Shown: positions 1-13,588, counted from the stretch's first letter. The stretch: 64,000 nt of DNA from Heterodontus francisci (GCF_036365525.1 NC_090373.1:130581962-130645961), one strand, 5' to 3'. Notes: generated by a model not told the origin, from the sequence alone. Translations and numbers: made by a program.

Positions 1-139
1 GATCGTTGGATATTGCAGTGCCGTTGCAGCCCTCAATGGCAGCGACCATATCAGAGTTCATTGCCTTGGGAAAGGAAAATCTGGACCAATATTTGTTGTC
101 AGGATGTGGGCAATGCAGATAAGGATGCATTTACTTTTG

Positions 140-500
140 TTTTATTTGTTTGTGGGACGTGGGCGTCACTGGCTAGGCCACCACTTATTGCCCATCCCTA
201 ATTGCCCTTGAACTGAGTGATTTGCTAAGCTATTTGAGAGGGCATTTAACAGTCAACCACATTGCTGTGGGTCTGGAGTCACATGTAGGCCAGACCAGGT
301 AAGGATGGCAGATTTCCTTCCCTAAAGGACATTAGTGAACCAGATGGGTCACCATTAGACTAGCTTTTAATTCCAGATTTATTAATTGAATTCAAATTTC
401 ACCATCTGCTGCAGTGGGATTTTAATCCATGTCCCCAGAGCATTAGCATGGGCTCTGGATTACTAGTCGAGTGACATTACCACTACACCATCGCCTCTCC
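140..500 (-). mobile_element. tRNA-headed SINE (family A) sharing its body and 3' tail with the LINE at 33022-36030
   Basis: Minus strand starts GGAGAGGCGATGGTGTAGTGG (A-box-like) with a degenerate B box. Body is CCCATCTGGTTCACTAATGTCCTTTAGGGAAGGAAATCTGCC and tail is CAAGGGCAATTAGGGATGGGCAATAA plus an A-rich end. Homologous to 11320-11660 and 38978-39391. Confidence 0.85.
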
Positions 501-964
501 ACATTACTACCAATTCCTAAAATAAAAACAAGAAATGCTGGACCCACTCAGCAGGTCTGGCAGCATCTGTGGAAAGAGAAGCAGAATTAACGTTTCGGGT
601 CAGTGACCCTTCTTTGGAACTGACAAATATTAGAAATGTTATAAGCAAGTGAGGTGGGGGTGGGGCAAGAGATAACAAAGGAGAAGGTGTAGATTGGACA
701 AGGCCACATAGCTGGCCAAAAGGTCATGGAGCAAAGGCAAACAATATGTTAATGGTGTGTTGAAAGACAAAGCATTAGTACAGATAAGGTGTTAACGGAC
801 TGAATATTGAACAACAGCAAGTGCAAAGATGAAAAAAAACAGTGGGTAAGCAAACTGAACAAACTAAGATGAAATGAAATAAATGCAAAAAAAAAGATTG
901 TAAAAAAATGTAAAAAAGAAAAGAAGAAAAAAATAACTAAAAATGAAAGTAAAATGGGGGGCTG

Positions 965-2922
965 TCATGCTCTGAAATTATTGAACTCAATGTTCAGTCC
1001 GGCAGGCTGTAGTGTGCCTAATCGGTAGATGAGATGCTGTTCCTCGAGCTTGCGTTGATGTTCACTGGAACACTGCAGCAATCCCAGGACAGAGATGTGA
1101 GCAGGAGGGAGTGTTGAAATGGCATGCAACCGGAAGCTCAGGGTCCTGCTTGCGGACTGAGCGGAGGTGTTCCGCAAAGCGGTCACCCAGTCTGTGTTTG
1201 GTCTCCCCAATGTAGAGGAGACCACATTGTGAGCAGCGAATACAGTATGCTACATTGAAAGAAGTACAAGTAAATCGCTACTTCACCTGAAAGGAGTGTT
1301 TGGGGCCTGGGATAGTGAGGAGAGAGGAGGTAAATGGGCAGGTATTACACCTCCTGTGATTGCAGGGGAAGGTGCCATGGGACGGGGATGAGGTGGTGGG
1401 GGTAATGGAGGAGTGGACCAGGGTGTTGCAGAGGGAACGATCCCTTCAGAATGCTGACAGGGGAAGGGAGGGGAAGATGCGTTTGGCAGTGGCATCACGC
1501 TGGAGGTGGCGGAAATGGGGGAGGATGATCCTTTGGATATGGAGGCTGATGGGATGGAACGTGAGGACAAGGGGAACCCTGTCACGGTTCTGGGAGGGTG
1601 GGGAAGGGTTGAGGGCAGAGGTGTGGGAAATGTGTCGGACACGGTTGAGGGCCCTGTCAACAACAGTGGGAGGGAATCCTCGGTTGAGGATAAAGGAGGT
1701 CATAGAAGGTAGCATCATCAGAGTCGGAGACGGAGAAACTGGGAGAATGCAACGGAGTCCTTACAGGAGGCAGGGTGTGAAGAAGTGTAGTCGAGGTAGC
1801 TGTGGGAAACGGTGGGCTTATAATGGATATTAGTGGACAACCTATCCCTGAGATGGAGACAGAGAAGGTGTCTTGATGTCTTTGGACGGTGGCTTGATGT
1901 TCGGTGGTGGGGTCATGGTCCAGAGGGAGGTAGGAAGAAGTGTCCGTGAGTTGGCGTTGAGCTTCTGCAAGGTAGAGGTCGGTACGCCATACGACGACAG
2001 CACCACCCTTGTCTGCAGGTTTGATGACCATGTCGGGGTTAGACCTGAGAGAACGGAGTGCCTCAAGTTCAGAGGGGGACAGGTTAGAGTGAGTGAGGGG
2101 GGCAGAGAAATTGAGATGACCAATGTCTCGCTGACAGTTTTCAATGAAGAGATCAAGAGCGGGTAAGAGGCCTGGGGGAGGGGTCCAGGTAGAGGGAGAA
2201 TGCTGGAGGCGGGTGAATGGGTCTACTGGTCGGGTGTAGGACTCCTGGTCAAAGAAGTGAGCCCGGAGGCGGAGGCGACGGAAGAAGAGCTCAACGTCAT
2301 GCCGAGCGCGAAATTCATTGAGGTGGGGGTGTAAGGGGATAAAACTGAGACCTTTGCTGAGTACAGAACGTTCAGCATCAGAGAGGGGGAGGTCAGAGGG
2401 TATAGTGAATACACGCCAAGGGGTCAGATCAGATAGGGTGGGATCAGAGGGAAGTGAAGCGGAAGGAGGATCTGGAGGAGCATTCGTCCCCATCAGCTGC
2501 TGGAGCTTGCGTTCCTTAACATCTGAAAGGAAGAAAAAAAGTTTTTTGTTAATGCGTCAGATGAGATGAAAGATGAAATGAAACTGCGGAGCAGAACGGC
2601 TTTGAGATAAGGTGAGGTGGTGCTGCTGGAGAGAGAGGTCCAGTGTGTGCATGTGGCGGCGCATAGCATTGAGTGTGGATCTCAGGATGCGGCGAGAGTA
2701 GCAGTCCGAGGAACGTTGTATTTCTCGGAGATACCTGTGATCCTGGGTGGATTCAAAGCATGATGGGTGAAACTGCAGTTGGAATCCACGTGGAATAAGT
2801 CGGAGCCGGAGACAGTCACTGAGGAAGGAGATGTGGCTGTGAAAACGAGTTTTGGTAGACACTTTATCAAACACCAGGAGGGAAATAGAAAGCAATGAAG
2901 GTGAACAAGGTAAAAGAGACAA
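965..2922 (-). pseudogene. PLE polyprotein (N-terminus, RT start, GIY-YIG endonuclease), frameshifted, RT core deleted
   Basis: FLSDCLRLRLIPRGF N-terminal motif, NLSPSELEALRSL...VIKPADKGGAVVVW, VAYCIRCSQCGLLYIGET and C-terminal LGTLQPAGLN. A jump near 1870 removes the RT catalytic core. Confidence 0.92.
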
Positions 2923-3339
2923 ACAAAAATCCCGTCAGAGAGAAGAGCAGAACTTTTTCAAGGTAGGCATTCCTGGAAAAGAAGTGGCAGTGAATTAAAC
3001 ACTAAAATAAAAGCAAAATACTGCGGATGCTGGAAATCTGAAATAAAAACAAGAAATGCTGAAACCACTCAGCAGGTCTGGCAGCATCTGTGGAAAGAGA
3101 AGCAGAGTTAACGTTTCGGGTCAGTGACCCTTTTTCGGAACTGACAAATATTAGAAATGTTATAAGCAAGTGAGGTGGGGGTGGGGCAAGAGATAACAAA
3201 GGAGAAGGTGTAGATTGGACAAGGCCACATAGCTGACCAAAAGGTCATGGAGCAAAGGCAAACAATATGTTAATGGTGTGTTGAAAGACAAAGCATTAGT
3301 ACAGATAAAGGTATACAGACAGATAAAGTACAGATAACT

Positions 3340-4532
3340 CCACGCACTTCCTTCAAGTAAAAGGTGTCGCTATGGGTACCCGCATGGGTCCTAGTTATGC
3401 CTGTCTTTTTGTGGGATATGTTGAGCATCTCAGGCCCCCTCCCCCAACTCTTTTTCTGGTACATTGATGACTGTATCGATGCCGTTTCCTGCTCCTGCCC
3501 AGAACTGGAAAACTTTATCAACTTTGCTTCCAATTTCCACCCTTCTCTCACCTTTACATGGTCCATCTCTGACACTTCCCTTCCCTTCCTCGACCTCTCT
3601 GTCTCCATCTCTGGGGATAGGTTGTCCATAATAATATCCATTATAAGCCCACCCACTCCAACAGCTACCTCGACTACACTTCTTCACACCCTACCTCTTG
3701 TAAGGACTCCATTCAATTCTCCCAGTTTCTCCGTCTCTGACGCATCTGCTCTGATGATGCTACCTTCCATGACGGTGCTTCTGATATGACCTCATTTTCC
3801 CTCATCCGAGGATTCCCCCCCACTGTTGTTGACAGGGCCCTCAACCGTATCCGGCCCATTTCCCGCACCTCTGCCCTCAACCCTTCCCCTCCCTCCCAGA
3901 ACCGTGACAGGGTTCCCCTTGTCCTCACTTTCCACCCCATCAGCCTCCATATCCAAAGGATCATCCTCCCCCATTTCCACCACCTCCAGCGTGATGCCAC
4001 TACCAAACGCATCTTCCCCTCCCTTCCCCTGTCAGCATTCCGAAGGGATCATTCTCTCCGCGACACCCTGGTCCACTCCTCCATTACCCCCACCACCTCG
4101 TCCCCGTCCCATGGCACCTTCCCCTGCAATCGCAGGAGGTGTAATACCTGCCCATTTACCTCCTCTCTCCTCACTATCCCAGGCCCCAAACACCATTTTC
4201 AGGTGAAGCAGCGATTTACTTGTACTTCTTTCAATGTAGCATACTGTATTCGCTGCTCACAATATGGTCTCCTCGACATTGGGGAGACCAAACACAGACT
4301 GGGTGACCGCTTTGCGGAACACCTCTGCTCAGTCCGCAAGCAGGACCCTGAGCTTCCGGTTGCATGCCATTTCAACACTCCCCCCTGCTCTCATGCTCAC
4401 ATCTCTGTCCTGGGATTGCTGCAGTGTTCCAGTGAACATCAACGCATGCTCGAGGAACAGCATCTCATCTACCGATTAGGCACACTACAGCCTGCCGGAC
4501 TGAACATTGAGTTCAATAATTTCAGAGCATGA
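3340..4532 (+). pseudogene. PLE polyprotein 3' half (RT motifs B-C, thumb, Cys-rich linker, GIY-YIG), frameshifted
   Basis: QVKGVAMGTRMGPSYA, WYIDD, LPFLDL, FPCNRRRCNTC (Zn-finger linker typical of the Neptune clade) and VAYCIRC...LLDIGET...RFAEH. Confidence 0.92.
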
Positions 4533-4879
4533 CAGCCCCCCATTTTACTTTCATTTTTAGTTATTTTTTCTTCTTTTCTTTTTTGCATTTTTTACAATTT
4601 TTTTTTTGCATTTATTTCATTTCATCTTAGTTTGTTCAGTTTGCTTACCCACTGTTTTTTTTCATGTTTGCACTTGCTGCTGTTCAATATTCAGTCCGTT
4701 AACACCTTATCTGTACTAATGCTTTGTCTTTCAACACACCATTAACATATTGTTTGCCTTTGCTCCGTGACCTTTTGGTCAGCTATGTGGCCTTGTCCAA
4801 TCTACACCTTCTCCTTTGTTATCTCTTGTCCCACCCCCACCTCACTTGCTTATAACCTGTGACATTTCTAATATTTGTC

Positions 4880-4916
4880 AGTTCCGAAGAAGGGTCACTG
4901 ACCCGAAACGTTAATT
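4880..4916 (+). ncRNA. Minimal type I hammerhead ribozyme motif in the PLE 3' UTR (U4C core variant)
   Basis: AGTT-CCGAAGA-A-GGGTC(ACT)GACCC-GAAAC-GTT-AATT. More degenerate copies at 585-621 (-) and 3106-3142 (-). Confidence 0.65.
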
Positions 4917-5027
4917 CTGCTTCTCTTTCCACAGATGTTGCCAGACCTGCTGAGTGGTTACAGCATTTCTTGTTTTTGTTTCAGATTTCCAGCATCCGCA
5001 GTATTTTGCTTTTACTACCAATTCCTA

Positions 5028-5430
5028 GTTGCCCTGAGAGAGCGGCAGTGGACTTGCTCCTTGAACTGCTTGTACTGATCATGTTAGGTAGGGAATTCCA
5101 GATAAGTTGAAAGTATGGCCAAGTCAGGATTTTGTGTGATGAGAGGCAAAATTGGAGGTGACAATGTTCCCGTGAACTTGCTGCCTGGTTCCTTCTTTAT
5201 TCTGGAGGTGGCAGCATTGTGAGATGTTGTCAGAATAAACTCAATGAGTTGTTACAGTGCTGCCTGTAGAAAATACAAACTGTAGCCATATTGCACCAGT
5301 GGTGGAAGGAGTTATTATTGAGTCCAGTGGGAAGGGTGCCAATGAAGCAGACTCCCCTGTTGTGAATGGTGTCAGGCTTCAGTATTGTTGTAGCTGCACC
5401 CATCCTGGCAAGTGCTAAGTGTTCCATTAG
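5028..5430 (-). mobile_element. Old decayed 3' fragment of the family-A-tailed LINE (the target of the PLE insertion)
   Basis: Diverged similarity to 49240-49760 and to the reverse complement of 35500-36000. Confidence 0.65.
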
Positions 5431-6184
5431 TCTCTTGTGTATACTAAAATAGTTTTGGCAGTGGCCGGTGACCAGGCCACACCATGGCAGGTCCCAGAGT
5501 CATTAGAGCCACTGAGTCATTACAGCATTGAAAGAGGCCATTCGGCACATCAAGTCCATGATGAAACTGAATGGAGCAGGCTGAGTTCCAGCTTTTCTCT
5601 TCAGGACACCAATTTCCTGAGAGTTACTAAAACAGGCGTGAAGCCCTTTTAGTTTGGGTCAGATGTCTTTCAGAGATCATTGGGCCACAGAACTTTGGTC
5701 CCCAGAATTGGGCTGCCTTGTGCCTGTTTCACATCAGTACAATGAGTGCAATGAGGTATAATTTCTACCCCACTATCCCTTAAAAGTCTATAATGACAAC
5801 AAATCAAAGGGGTTTTCTCAGTATCTAAAGTTTCTGTCCCCAGAATTCTTGAGGCTCAGACCTCAGAGTGCTCAAATGTTTTTTTTTAATTATTGCTTAC
5901 TGCTTCTTTTTCCATTGGGCAGCTGGCACACAACAGGAAATATGGTCAGAGATTGTTCTGACTTGACAAATGCACCAAAACTGATTCCTCTAAATACCTG
6001 AACCTCCTGTAGCTGCAGTGCAGTGCGGATCTCCTCAGCTAAGGAAAGGGAGTTTATGGCAGCCTACTGAGAGTGGAAACTGGAATTATTGCCCTTTGCC
6101 CATTTTCCTGATTAAGAACATAAGAAATAGGAGCAGGAGTCGACCATATGCCCCCTCAAGCCTCCTCCGCCATTCAATCCGATC

Positions 6185-6405
6185 TTTTTTTTTATTAGTT
6201 CTTGGGATGTGAGTATCACTGGCAAGGCCAGCATTTATTACCCATCGCTAATTGCCCTTAAGAAGGTGATCGTGAGCTGCCTTCTTGAACTGCTGCAGTC
6301 CATGTCATATAAGTACACCCACCATTCTGTTAGGGAGTGTGTGCAAGGATTTTGACCCAGCAGCAGTGAAGGAGCGGCGATATAGTTCCAAGTCAGGGTG
6401 GTGTG
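6185..6405 (-). mobile_element. 3' end fragment of the family-A-tailed LINE inserted in the CR1 3' UTR
   Basis: Poly-T followed by GGGATGTGAG...GCATTTATTACCCATCGCTAATTGCCCTT; matches the reverse complement of 35820-36030. Confidence 0.85.
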
Positions 6406-7808
6406 TGATGGCTGATCTTCTACCTCAACTCCACTTTCCTGCCCACTCCCCATATGGTTTGATTTCCTAAGAGACCAAAAATCTGTTTATCTCATCCTTA
6501 AATATATTCAACGATGGAGCATCCACAACCTTCCAGGGTAGAGAATTCCAAAGATTCACAACCCTTTGAGTGAAGAAATTTCTCCTCATCTCAGTCCTAA
6601 ATAATTGCCCCCATATCCTGAGATTGTGCCCCATGCTCTAGATTCCCCAGCCAGGGGAAATAATCTCTCAGTGTCTACCCTATCAAGCCCCCTCAGAATC
6701 TTGTATGTTTCAATGAGACCAACTCTTATTCTTCTAGATGCCAGAGAATATAGGCCCAATTTACTCAACCTCCCATCATAGGACAACCGTCTCATCCCAG
6801 GAACCAATCTGGTGAATCTTTGCTGTACTGCCTCCATTGCAAGTATATCTTTCTTTAAATATGGAGACTGAAACTATATTCCAGGTGTGGTCTCACCAAA
6901 ACCCTGTACAATTGTAGCAAGACTTCCATATTACTGTACTTCAATCCTCTTGCAATATAGGTCAACATGCCATTTGCCTTCCTAATTGCTTGCTGTATTG
7001 TATGATTACCTCCTGTGTTCCTAGTATGAATATATCCAAGTCCCTCTGAACATCGAAATTTAGAAATTTCACACCTTTAAAAAAAATCTGCTGTTCGATT
7101 CTTACTACCGAAGTGAAAAACATCACACATGTGAGGAAACATTATACTCCATCTGCCACCTTGTTGCCCACTCACATTTCTATATTTCTTTGCAGTCTTT
7201 TTGTTTCACCTCACAGCTTACATTCCAACCTAGCTTTGCATCATCGATAAACTTAGGTACATTACTCTCTAACTCTTCGTCTAAGTCATTAATATAGATG
7301 ATAAATAACTGAGGCCCCAGCACTGATCCTTGCCGCACTCCACTGGTTACAGCCTGCCAGCCTCCCGATTTATCCCTTCTCTCTCCTTCCTGTCCATTAA
7401 CTAACCCTCCATTCATGCTAATATATTATCCCCATTCCATGAGCCCTAATCTTGCATATATGTGGCACCTTATCAAATGCCTCTTGGAATTTCAAGTATA
7501 CTACATCTACTAGCTCCCCTGTATCTACCCTACTAGTTACATCCTCAAAAAACTCTAATTAATTTTGTCAGACATGATTTTCTTTTCATAAAACCATGTT
7601 AAATTTGCCTGATAAGGCTATGATTTTCTAAGTGCATTGTTAAGATTTCCTTAATACTAGATTCAAGCATTTTCCTAATGACCAATGTCAGGCTAACTGA
7701 CCTGTTTTCATTCTCCCCGCTTTCTTGAATAATGCTGTTACATTTGCTATCTTCCAATCTGCTGAGACCATACTAGAATCAAGGGAATTTTGGAAAATCA
7801 TAATTAGT

Positions 7809-8073
7809 TGTTACAATCACTTGAGGAGGGGTTGAAGGGCTCCCCTCTTGTGCCTCTCCTTGTTTGACCACAACAGGTTTCTTTCTTTTTTAGAGTGAAT
7901 ATACTTGCCAATTCAGTGAGTGTTTGGCTATTGATGTGCTCTGATCATAAAAAGAACCAATTGGATAGGTTTCCTTGAGTTTAACAAAGAAAGAGTTTAG
8001 CTTTATTGTACTTAAACCAATCAAAGTAAAATAATAAAATATGCTCCAACTTTCACACACACACACACTTGAG

Positions 8074-8109
<36 letters not shown>

Positions 8110-8915
8110 TACAGTGTGGGGAAGGGTATATTGATCGAATTAGAGTCTGGAGCAATAAAAAGGGGTATACAGTTTGTGTAGGTTGGTGACTCGGCTGGCT
8201 GTAGGCTGAACTCACTGGTCCTGAGGTTTCCAGTTTGCAAATATGGCCAGTGAATTTGGTAGTTCTCCTGAAGACAGCGATGCAGATGATTTCCTTCACA
8301 GGGTCTCTGTGTGCAGTAGTGAAAGGCCTAGGTGGTTACAGCCAGCAGGCAGGGTTCAAAGCTTGCAAGGTGGACTGGAGAGAGAGAGGGAGAAAGGACC
8401 TCCACTTGGGTCTTCTCTTATTGGTGTCTAGCTGCTTGTTGGTTGCTGCAGAGAAAACACCAGCTTAAACACACAGATGGTGGGTCTGTCACATGACTGT
8501 CACCCAGTGATTCAACATGAAGACTACCAGTGTGTATTCCCTCTTGCAACTTAATCAGACCATGTCTAGGAATTCCTTTCTCTCAACTAGGGCCCCATTG
8601 CTCGAGTGATTATGTTTGAGTGATTCATCTCCATAAGTTTAATGTCCCAAGTGATTGCTTTAATGTCTTGTTAATGGAGCAGGATAAGTAGTTCACTCAA
8701 ATTCCCCAAGTCATTGTTCTTGAGGGGACTGGGCAGACAACTCGTTTCTATCTCGATGCATTGGAATGCAGTATATAGTGATGCAAATTAGGGTGGCCAT
8801 CTTAACTGCTAGTAAAGTCACCTTTTACCTGCTCCTTTTTTCCTTTTCAAAATTTAATTCAAGTCTCCAACTGGTGGATTAAAAAAATCATCATTCGGCA
8901 TACCTTTCTATGACA
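7809..8915 (-). mobile_element. Solo LTR, divergent relative of the 14794/19286/31782 family
   Basis: TGTTACA...ATGACA termini; flanks TAGT/CAGT; interrupts a CR1 that resumes at 8916. Confidence 0.7.
8055..8106. repeat. (CA)n microsatellite
   Basis: Two CA runs separated by TTGAGATT. Confidence 0.95.
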
Positions 8916-9032
8916 CAGTGCATCCACTATCTCTGCAGCTACCTCTTTTAGAACCCAAGGATAGAGACCATCAGTTCCTTGAGATTTGTCGGCTTTAAAT
9001 CCCTTAAGTTTCTCCAATACTTTTTCTCTGCG

Positions 9033-9575
9033 TATGTTGGTGAGACCACACCTAGAGTACTGCGTACAGTTTTGGTCTCCTTATTTAAGAAGGGATATAC
9101 TTGCATTGGCGGAAGTTCAGAGAAGATTCACTAGGTTGATACCTGGGATGAAGGGGTTGTCTTATAAGGAAAGGTTGAACAGGTTGGGCCTATACTCATT
9201 GGTGTTCAGAAGAACGAGAGGTGATCTTATTGAAATGTATTGGTTAGATGCTGAGAGGATGCTTCACCTCATGGGGAAATCTAGAACTAGGGGGCACATT
9301 TTCAAAATAAGGAGCCTCCCATTTAAGATGGAGATGAAAAGGAATTTCTTTTCTCAGAGGGTCATTAGTCTTTGGAATTCTCTTCCCCAGGGAGCAGGGT
9401 CATTGAGTATATTCAAGGCTGAGTTAGACAGATTTTTGATCTACAAGGGGGTAAAGGGTTATGGGGAGCAGGCAGGAATGTGAAGTTAAGGCCACACTCA
9501 TCTTATTAAATGGCGAAGCAGACTCGAGGGGCTGAATGGCCTACCCCTGCCCTTATTTCATATGTTCTTATGTTC
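9033..9575 (+). mobile_element. CR1 LINE 3' fragment
   Basis: LVRPHLEYCVQFWSPY...QRRFTRLIPGM...FFSQRVISLWNSLP; tail ATGTTCTTATGTTC. Confidence 0.92.
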
Positions 9576-10345
9576 TCTGCTGATATTAATTACCTTACAT
9601 TCCTCACTCTTCTTAGTCCCTTGGATACCATTTATTTCTGGCATGATTCTGGCATGGCTCTGGTTGGCTGCATCTCCCGTCCAGGCACTCCTGGAGATTT
9701 ATACCTAGGAAATATCAACCTTATTGGCCATTGGAAGATGAAAGAATATTACTTTGAAACATTGTGTGCTGCAAACATAGGATCTATTTTTTGGAGCATC
9801 CATTTATTCCTGTCTCATGTATTAAATGTACTTGTCACTAAACTGAAAATGGTTTGAGCAGTACCTAACACAAGACTGTCAGTATTGAAGTCAGTAAAAA
9901 CTTCACTATGTCTCACTCTGTGATAACACCACTTCAAGAGATTCAAAGAGTACATTTCTATAGAGGGAGGCTTATGTACTAAAATAACATATCCTTGGTT
10001 TTTTTGACCCTGTCATTAATAAGAATGTCAGTGTGTTTGTCAGGACTGTGTCAAATACTGATGTCTTACATGTGCTTCACAGATGCAAACTACCACCTAC
10101 GTATTTCTATGCATCTCTTAAATATCTATTTTCTGTGGTATTTGATCAACTTGAATAAAGGGATTGTCAATATTCTGGATTCACGTTCCTATCATGAACA
10201 TAATCTGTATTAAGTGGAGGTGGAGTGTCAGCAGTAGACATGTGCCAGTGAAAGCATGTACATATATTTGATGCCCACAGCTCCAGTGACTTGAGGCAGA
10301 CTGTACCAGTACCTTGCATCTTCAGTCTTTTCATTGCAGACCATA

Positions 10346-11011
10346 TGGGCAGGACTTTTTTTAGCCCCTGTTTGCCAGCGCCATCCTCCCCCAGGCCATT
10401 TTCCAGAGGCGGGATCAGGGGCGGTAGGGATACCTGCCTGCAGGTGGCAGGTAGCCAATTCAGGTGAGTAAATGGCCACTTAAGGCCTATTGTCAGAGGC
10501 CGACTGCAATTTTCCAGTTGGCCTCTGGGCCCTTTGAGGCGTCAGGGACTAGGCCAGCCACCAGGAAGCGCCCTTCCACCAGTAGACCGGGGGACCAGTG
10601 CTCCAGGCAGGCTTTGATGCTCTCCCTACCTCTCTGACTTCAGCTGCAGCCACAGGCTGCCCTGTGGAGAGAGTCCCCTCCAAAGTGGTGGCCTGGCCTC
10701 GAAGGGTATTTTTTATTTAAAATTTTAAAAAGTTTGAGAGAGGACTCTCCATCTTGAGGTGCCCTCTCCCTCACTTACCTGAAATGGCAGGCTGCCGCTG
10801 CTGCTTCCAGGTTGGAGGGCCTCCTATTGGCCCTCCAGCTTTGAGAGCCTGCCTGCCATCCTTAATTGGATGGCGAGTCCGGCTTCTGGCTGCTAATTGG
10901 TCAATTCAGGGAAAATCACTGCTGGGCGACTGTTCCCTACACAGCGCGGTGTTGTGACCCTCATTTGACTCCAACTTTGGGGTCCCAATGCAAAACTCAA
11001 AATCCTGCCCC
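10346..11011. mobile_element. GC-rich Harbinger-type MITE
   Basis: TIRs GGGCAGGACTTT / AAAATCCTGCCC; 3-bp TSD ATA/ATA. Confidence 0.8.
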
Positions 11012-11319
11012 ATATATCACTACACATATGGTAATCGTTGTGGGGAGACATTGGCAATAATGAACAATTCAGTAGCACCTCTGACTCAGCCATACGTAAT
11101 GCAAAAATCAGATCTTTTACCACCTTGAAAATGCCAACCATACCACTGGAATATACGCTGCCCTGCCTTTGGTTGAGTGCAGCAGCTCCAACGATGACCA
11201 CTGGGAAATTATTACCTCTGTACTCAGCAAGATGTGTTGTACCAATGACCAGAAATTTGGGACTGACCGCACTGCCGATTCTCCTATCTAAACTCCAGTT
11301 GTGTTTGACTACATGCCAT

Positions 11320-11660
11320 GGTAATGCTCTGGGGACATGGCTTCGAATCCCACCACAGCAGATGGTGAAATATGAATGCAATTAATAAATCTGGTATTAT
11401 AAGCTAGTCTAACGGTGACCATGAAACCATTGTCAATTGTTGTAAAAACCCATCTGGTTCACTCATGTCCTTTAGGGAAGGAAATCTGCCGTCCTTACCT
11501 GGTCTGGCCTACATGTGACTCCAGGCACACAGTAATGTGGTTGACTCTTAAAATGCCCTCTGAAATGGCTTAGCAAGCCATTCAGTTCAAGGGCAATTAG
11601 GGATGGGCAATAAATGGTGGCCTAGCTAGCAACGTCCACATCCCACAAACAAATAAAAAA
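11320..11660 (+). mobile_element. SINE family A, 5'-truncated
   Basis: B-box-like GCTTCGAATCCC, same body and tail as 140-500, A-rich end. Confidence 0.88.
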
Positions 11661-12469
11661 AGAGCAGTCTTGTAATTTTATGGCTGATAACTATAGCATC
11701 AAAGCATTAGAAAGAAGGCATATTGTCAAAGGTGATGTCCTTCTAAATTGGCTCTGTGAAAATATTGGTTGCTCATTATGGATGATCAAACAGTGAGAAA
11801 GAAACAGAAAGAGGTTTGTTGACAAAAGTAATAAGGCCTGCAGCCGTGGAATACAATGCACAATCAGTAGACCAGAACATACTGTTAACTTGCGCATTGC
11901 TGCAGGTCAAACAGGTCAGTGACAAAAGAGTTCTGTACATGCTTATTTCATTCTGGGTTAGAGTTATAATTCACCCAATGCACTCTTAAAGCTCTTTGAG
12001 ATAGCTTCCTGGCTTGGGAATCAGATCAGCACCTGAATCTAGAGTTAAGGGGCTGGATTCTCCTCTGTGGAGAATTCAGGCACTGAAATATACTAGCGCA
12101 TCACTACTCACTGCCTTCACTGGGACCACTACTGGCCTCTCATTCCCCGTCTGCTACATATAAAGGCCAGCAGCAGTCTGGGTTCTGGTTTCCCAGGGGA
12201 TATTCCTCCTGTCGACCTGCGTTACCACGAGGGCTGCCTTGGGGAGCAGTAGTAATAATCCTGAGGTTTGATAATTGAGGGATAGGGTCTTGCAGCGTTA
12301 CTCACTCTCTGTCCAGTCTGAATGTAATGATTTATTTGTGTCGGGTGCAGGATGATTTTGTCCCTTTAAAGTCATTCCCACCTCTTGCAGTAGCCTTTCA
12401 CTTGAAGACTCTTGGCAGCAGGTGCAAATGTACTCGACCTGTTGTTTGATTCAATTAAATTGTCATCAA

Positions 12470-12690
12470 CTAACTAGGCCCTAAGCTCTGGAATTCTCCA
12501 CCTCGCTACCTCTTTCCTTCTTTAAGCTGCTTCTTAAAACCTAACTCTTTGACTAAGCCTTTGGTTGCCTGTTCCAATGTCATTTTATGTGACTTTGTGT
12601 CACATTCTGACTGATAACCTTGCTGTGAAGCACCTTGGGTTATTTTACTATGTTAAAGGTGCTATATAAATACAAGTTGTTGTTGTTTCC
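12470..12690 (+). mobile_element. L2 LINE 3' end
   Basis: CTAGGCCCTAAGCTCTGGAATT...AAAGGTGCTATATAAATACAAGTTGTTGTTG; homologous to 41980-42195. Confidence 0.75.
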
Positions 12691-13177
12691 TCCTTTTTGT
12701 CTTGCCAAGTACAGAAAGAATCAATCAAATGGAATTTACTTAATCTGCACATGCACTCTGTTCTATTATTGATCCTTTTAGACATATGCAGCATGGGAAA
12801 AAGTTCATAGTTTACAAAATGATTGCCCCACACATGCACCCAAATACAATTATATCATGTTGAATATAATATTTATCTATCTACATTCACATTCTTTCAG
12901 CCATTCATTTTCACACAGTTGCAGTAAAATACAGTCGATGTGTATACACACACACACGCAGACACACCTACGTAAATAAGCTTTCTTTGAGGAGTTACAT
13001 TGAAATATAAGAACTGATGTTTGAATACACTGCAATAATGATGATCAAGGCAGCTGGCAAATACATTTTAGCATGCTGTAGTAATACAGATGTAAGATCC
13101 AATTGCCTGAGATCAAGAAATGTGTCCCTTTACATGGCAATTGATATCTGTTTGAAAGTACTCCAATGCTCCAAGAC

Positions 13178-13588
13178 TTAAGAACATAAGATATAGGAAG
13201 AGGAGTAGACCATTTGGCCCCTTGTGCCTGCTGTACCATTCAATATGATCATGGCTGATCTTCTACCTCAATTCCACTTTCCTGCCCACTCTCCACATTG
13301 CTTGATTTCCCGAGAGACCAAAATCTATCATTCTCAGTCTTGAATAGACTCAATGGAGCATCCACAACCCTCTGAGAAAGATAATTCCAAGCATTCACAA
13401 CTCTGTGAGTAAAGAAATGTCTCCTCATCTCAGTCCTAAATGACTGACCCCTTATCCTGAGACTGTGCCCCCATGTTCTAGATTCCCCAGCCAGGGGAAA
13501 CAACCTCTCAGTGTCTACCCTGTCAAACCCCTTCAGAATCTTGTATGTTTCAATGAGATCAGCTCTCATTCTTCTAAACTCCAGAGAT
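13178..13588 (-). mobile_element. CR1 LINE 3' fragment
   Basis: MRADLIETYKILKGFDRVD...FFTHRVVNAWN; near-copy of 6400-6750. Confidence 0.9.

Larger units (their letters stand above)
520..5011. mobile_element. Penelope-like retroelement (Neptune type): composite of a minus-strand unit, a partial tandem pseudo-LTR and an inverted 5'-truncated plus-strand unit
   Basis: The 3' UTR occurs three times: 520-960 (-), 3002-3310 (-) and 4533-5011 (+). Exact 16-bp TSD TTACTACCAATTCCTA at 504-519 and 5012-5027. PLE RT and GIY-YIG motifs inside. Confidence 0.95.
6114..9030 (-). mobile_element. CR1 LINE, 5'-truncated and decayed, with nested insertions
   Basis: AVTSGVRQGSVLGPQLFIIYINDLD...KFIDD and EAVQQRFTRLVPGM...LYSL. 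3' tail (TTCTTATGTTCTT) near 6114. Confidence 0.9.

Noticed and set aside
6114-9575. Single twin-primed CR1 inversion at ~9030
   Set aside because: The two halves overlap in CR1 coordinates, have different subfamily tails and show no TSD, so they are more likely independent insertions.
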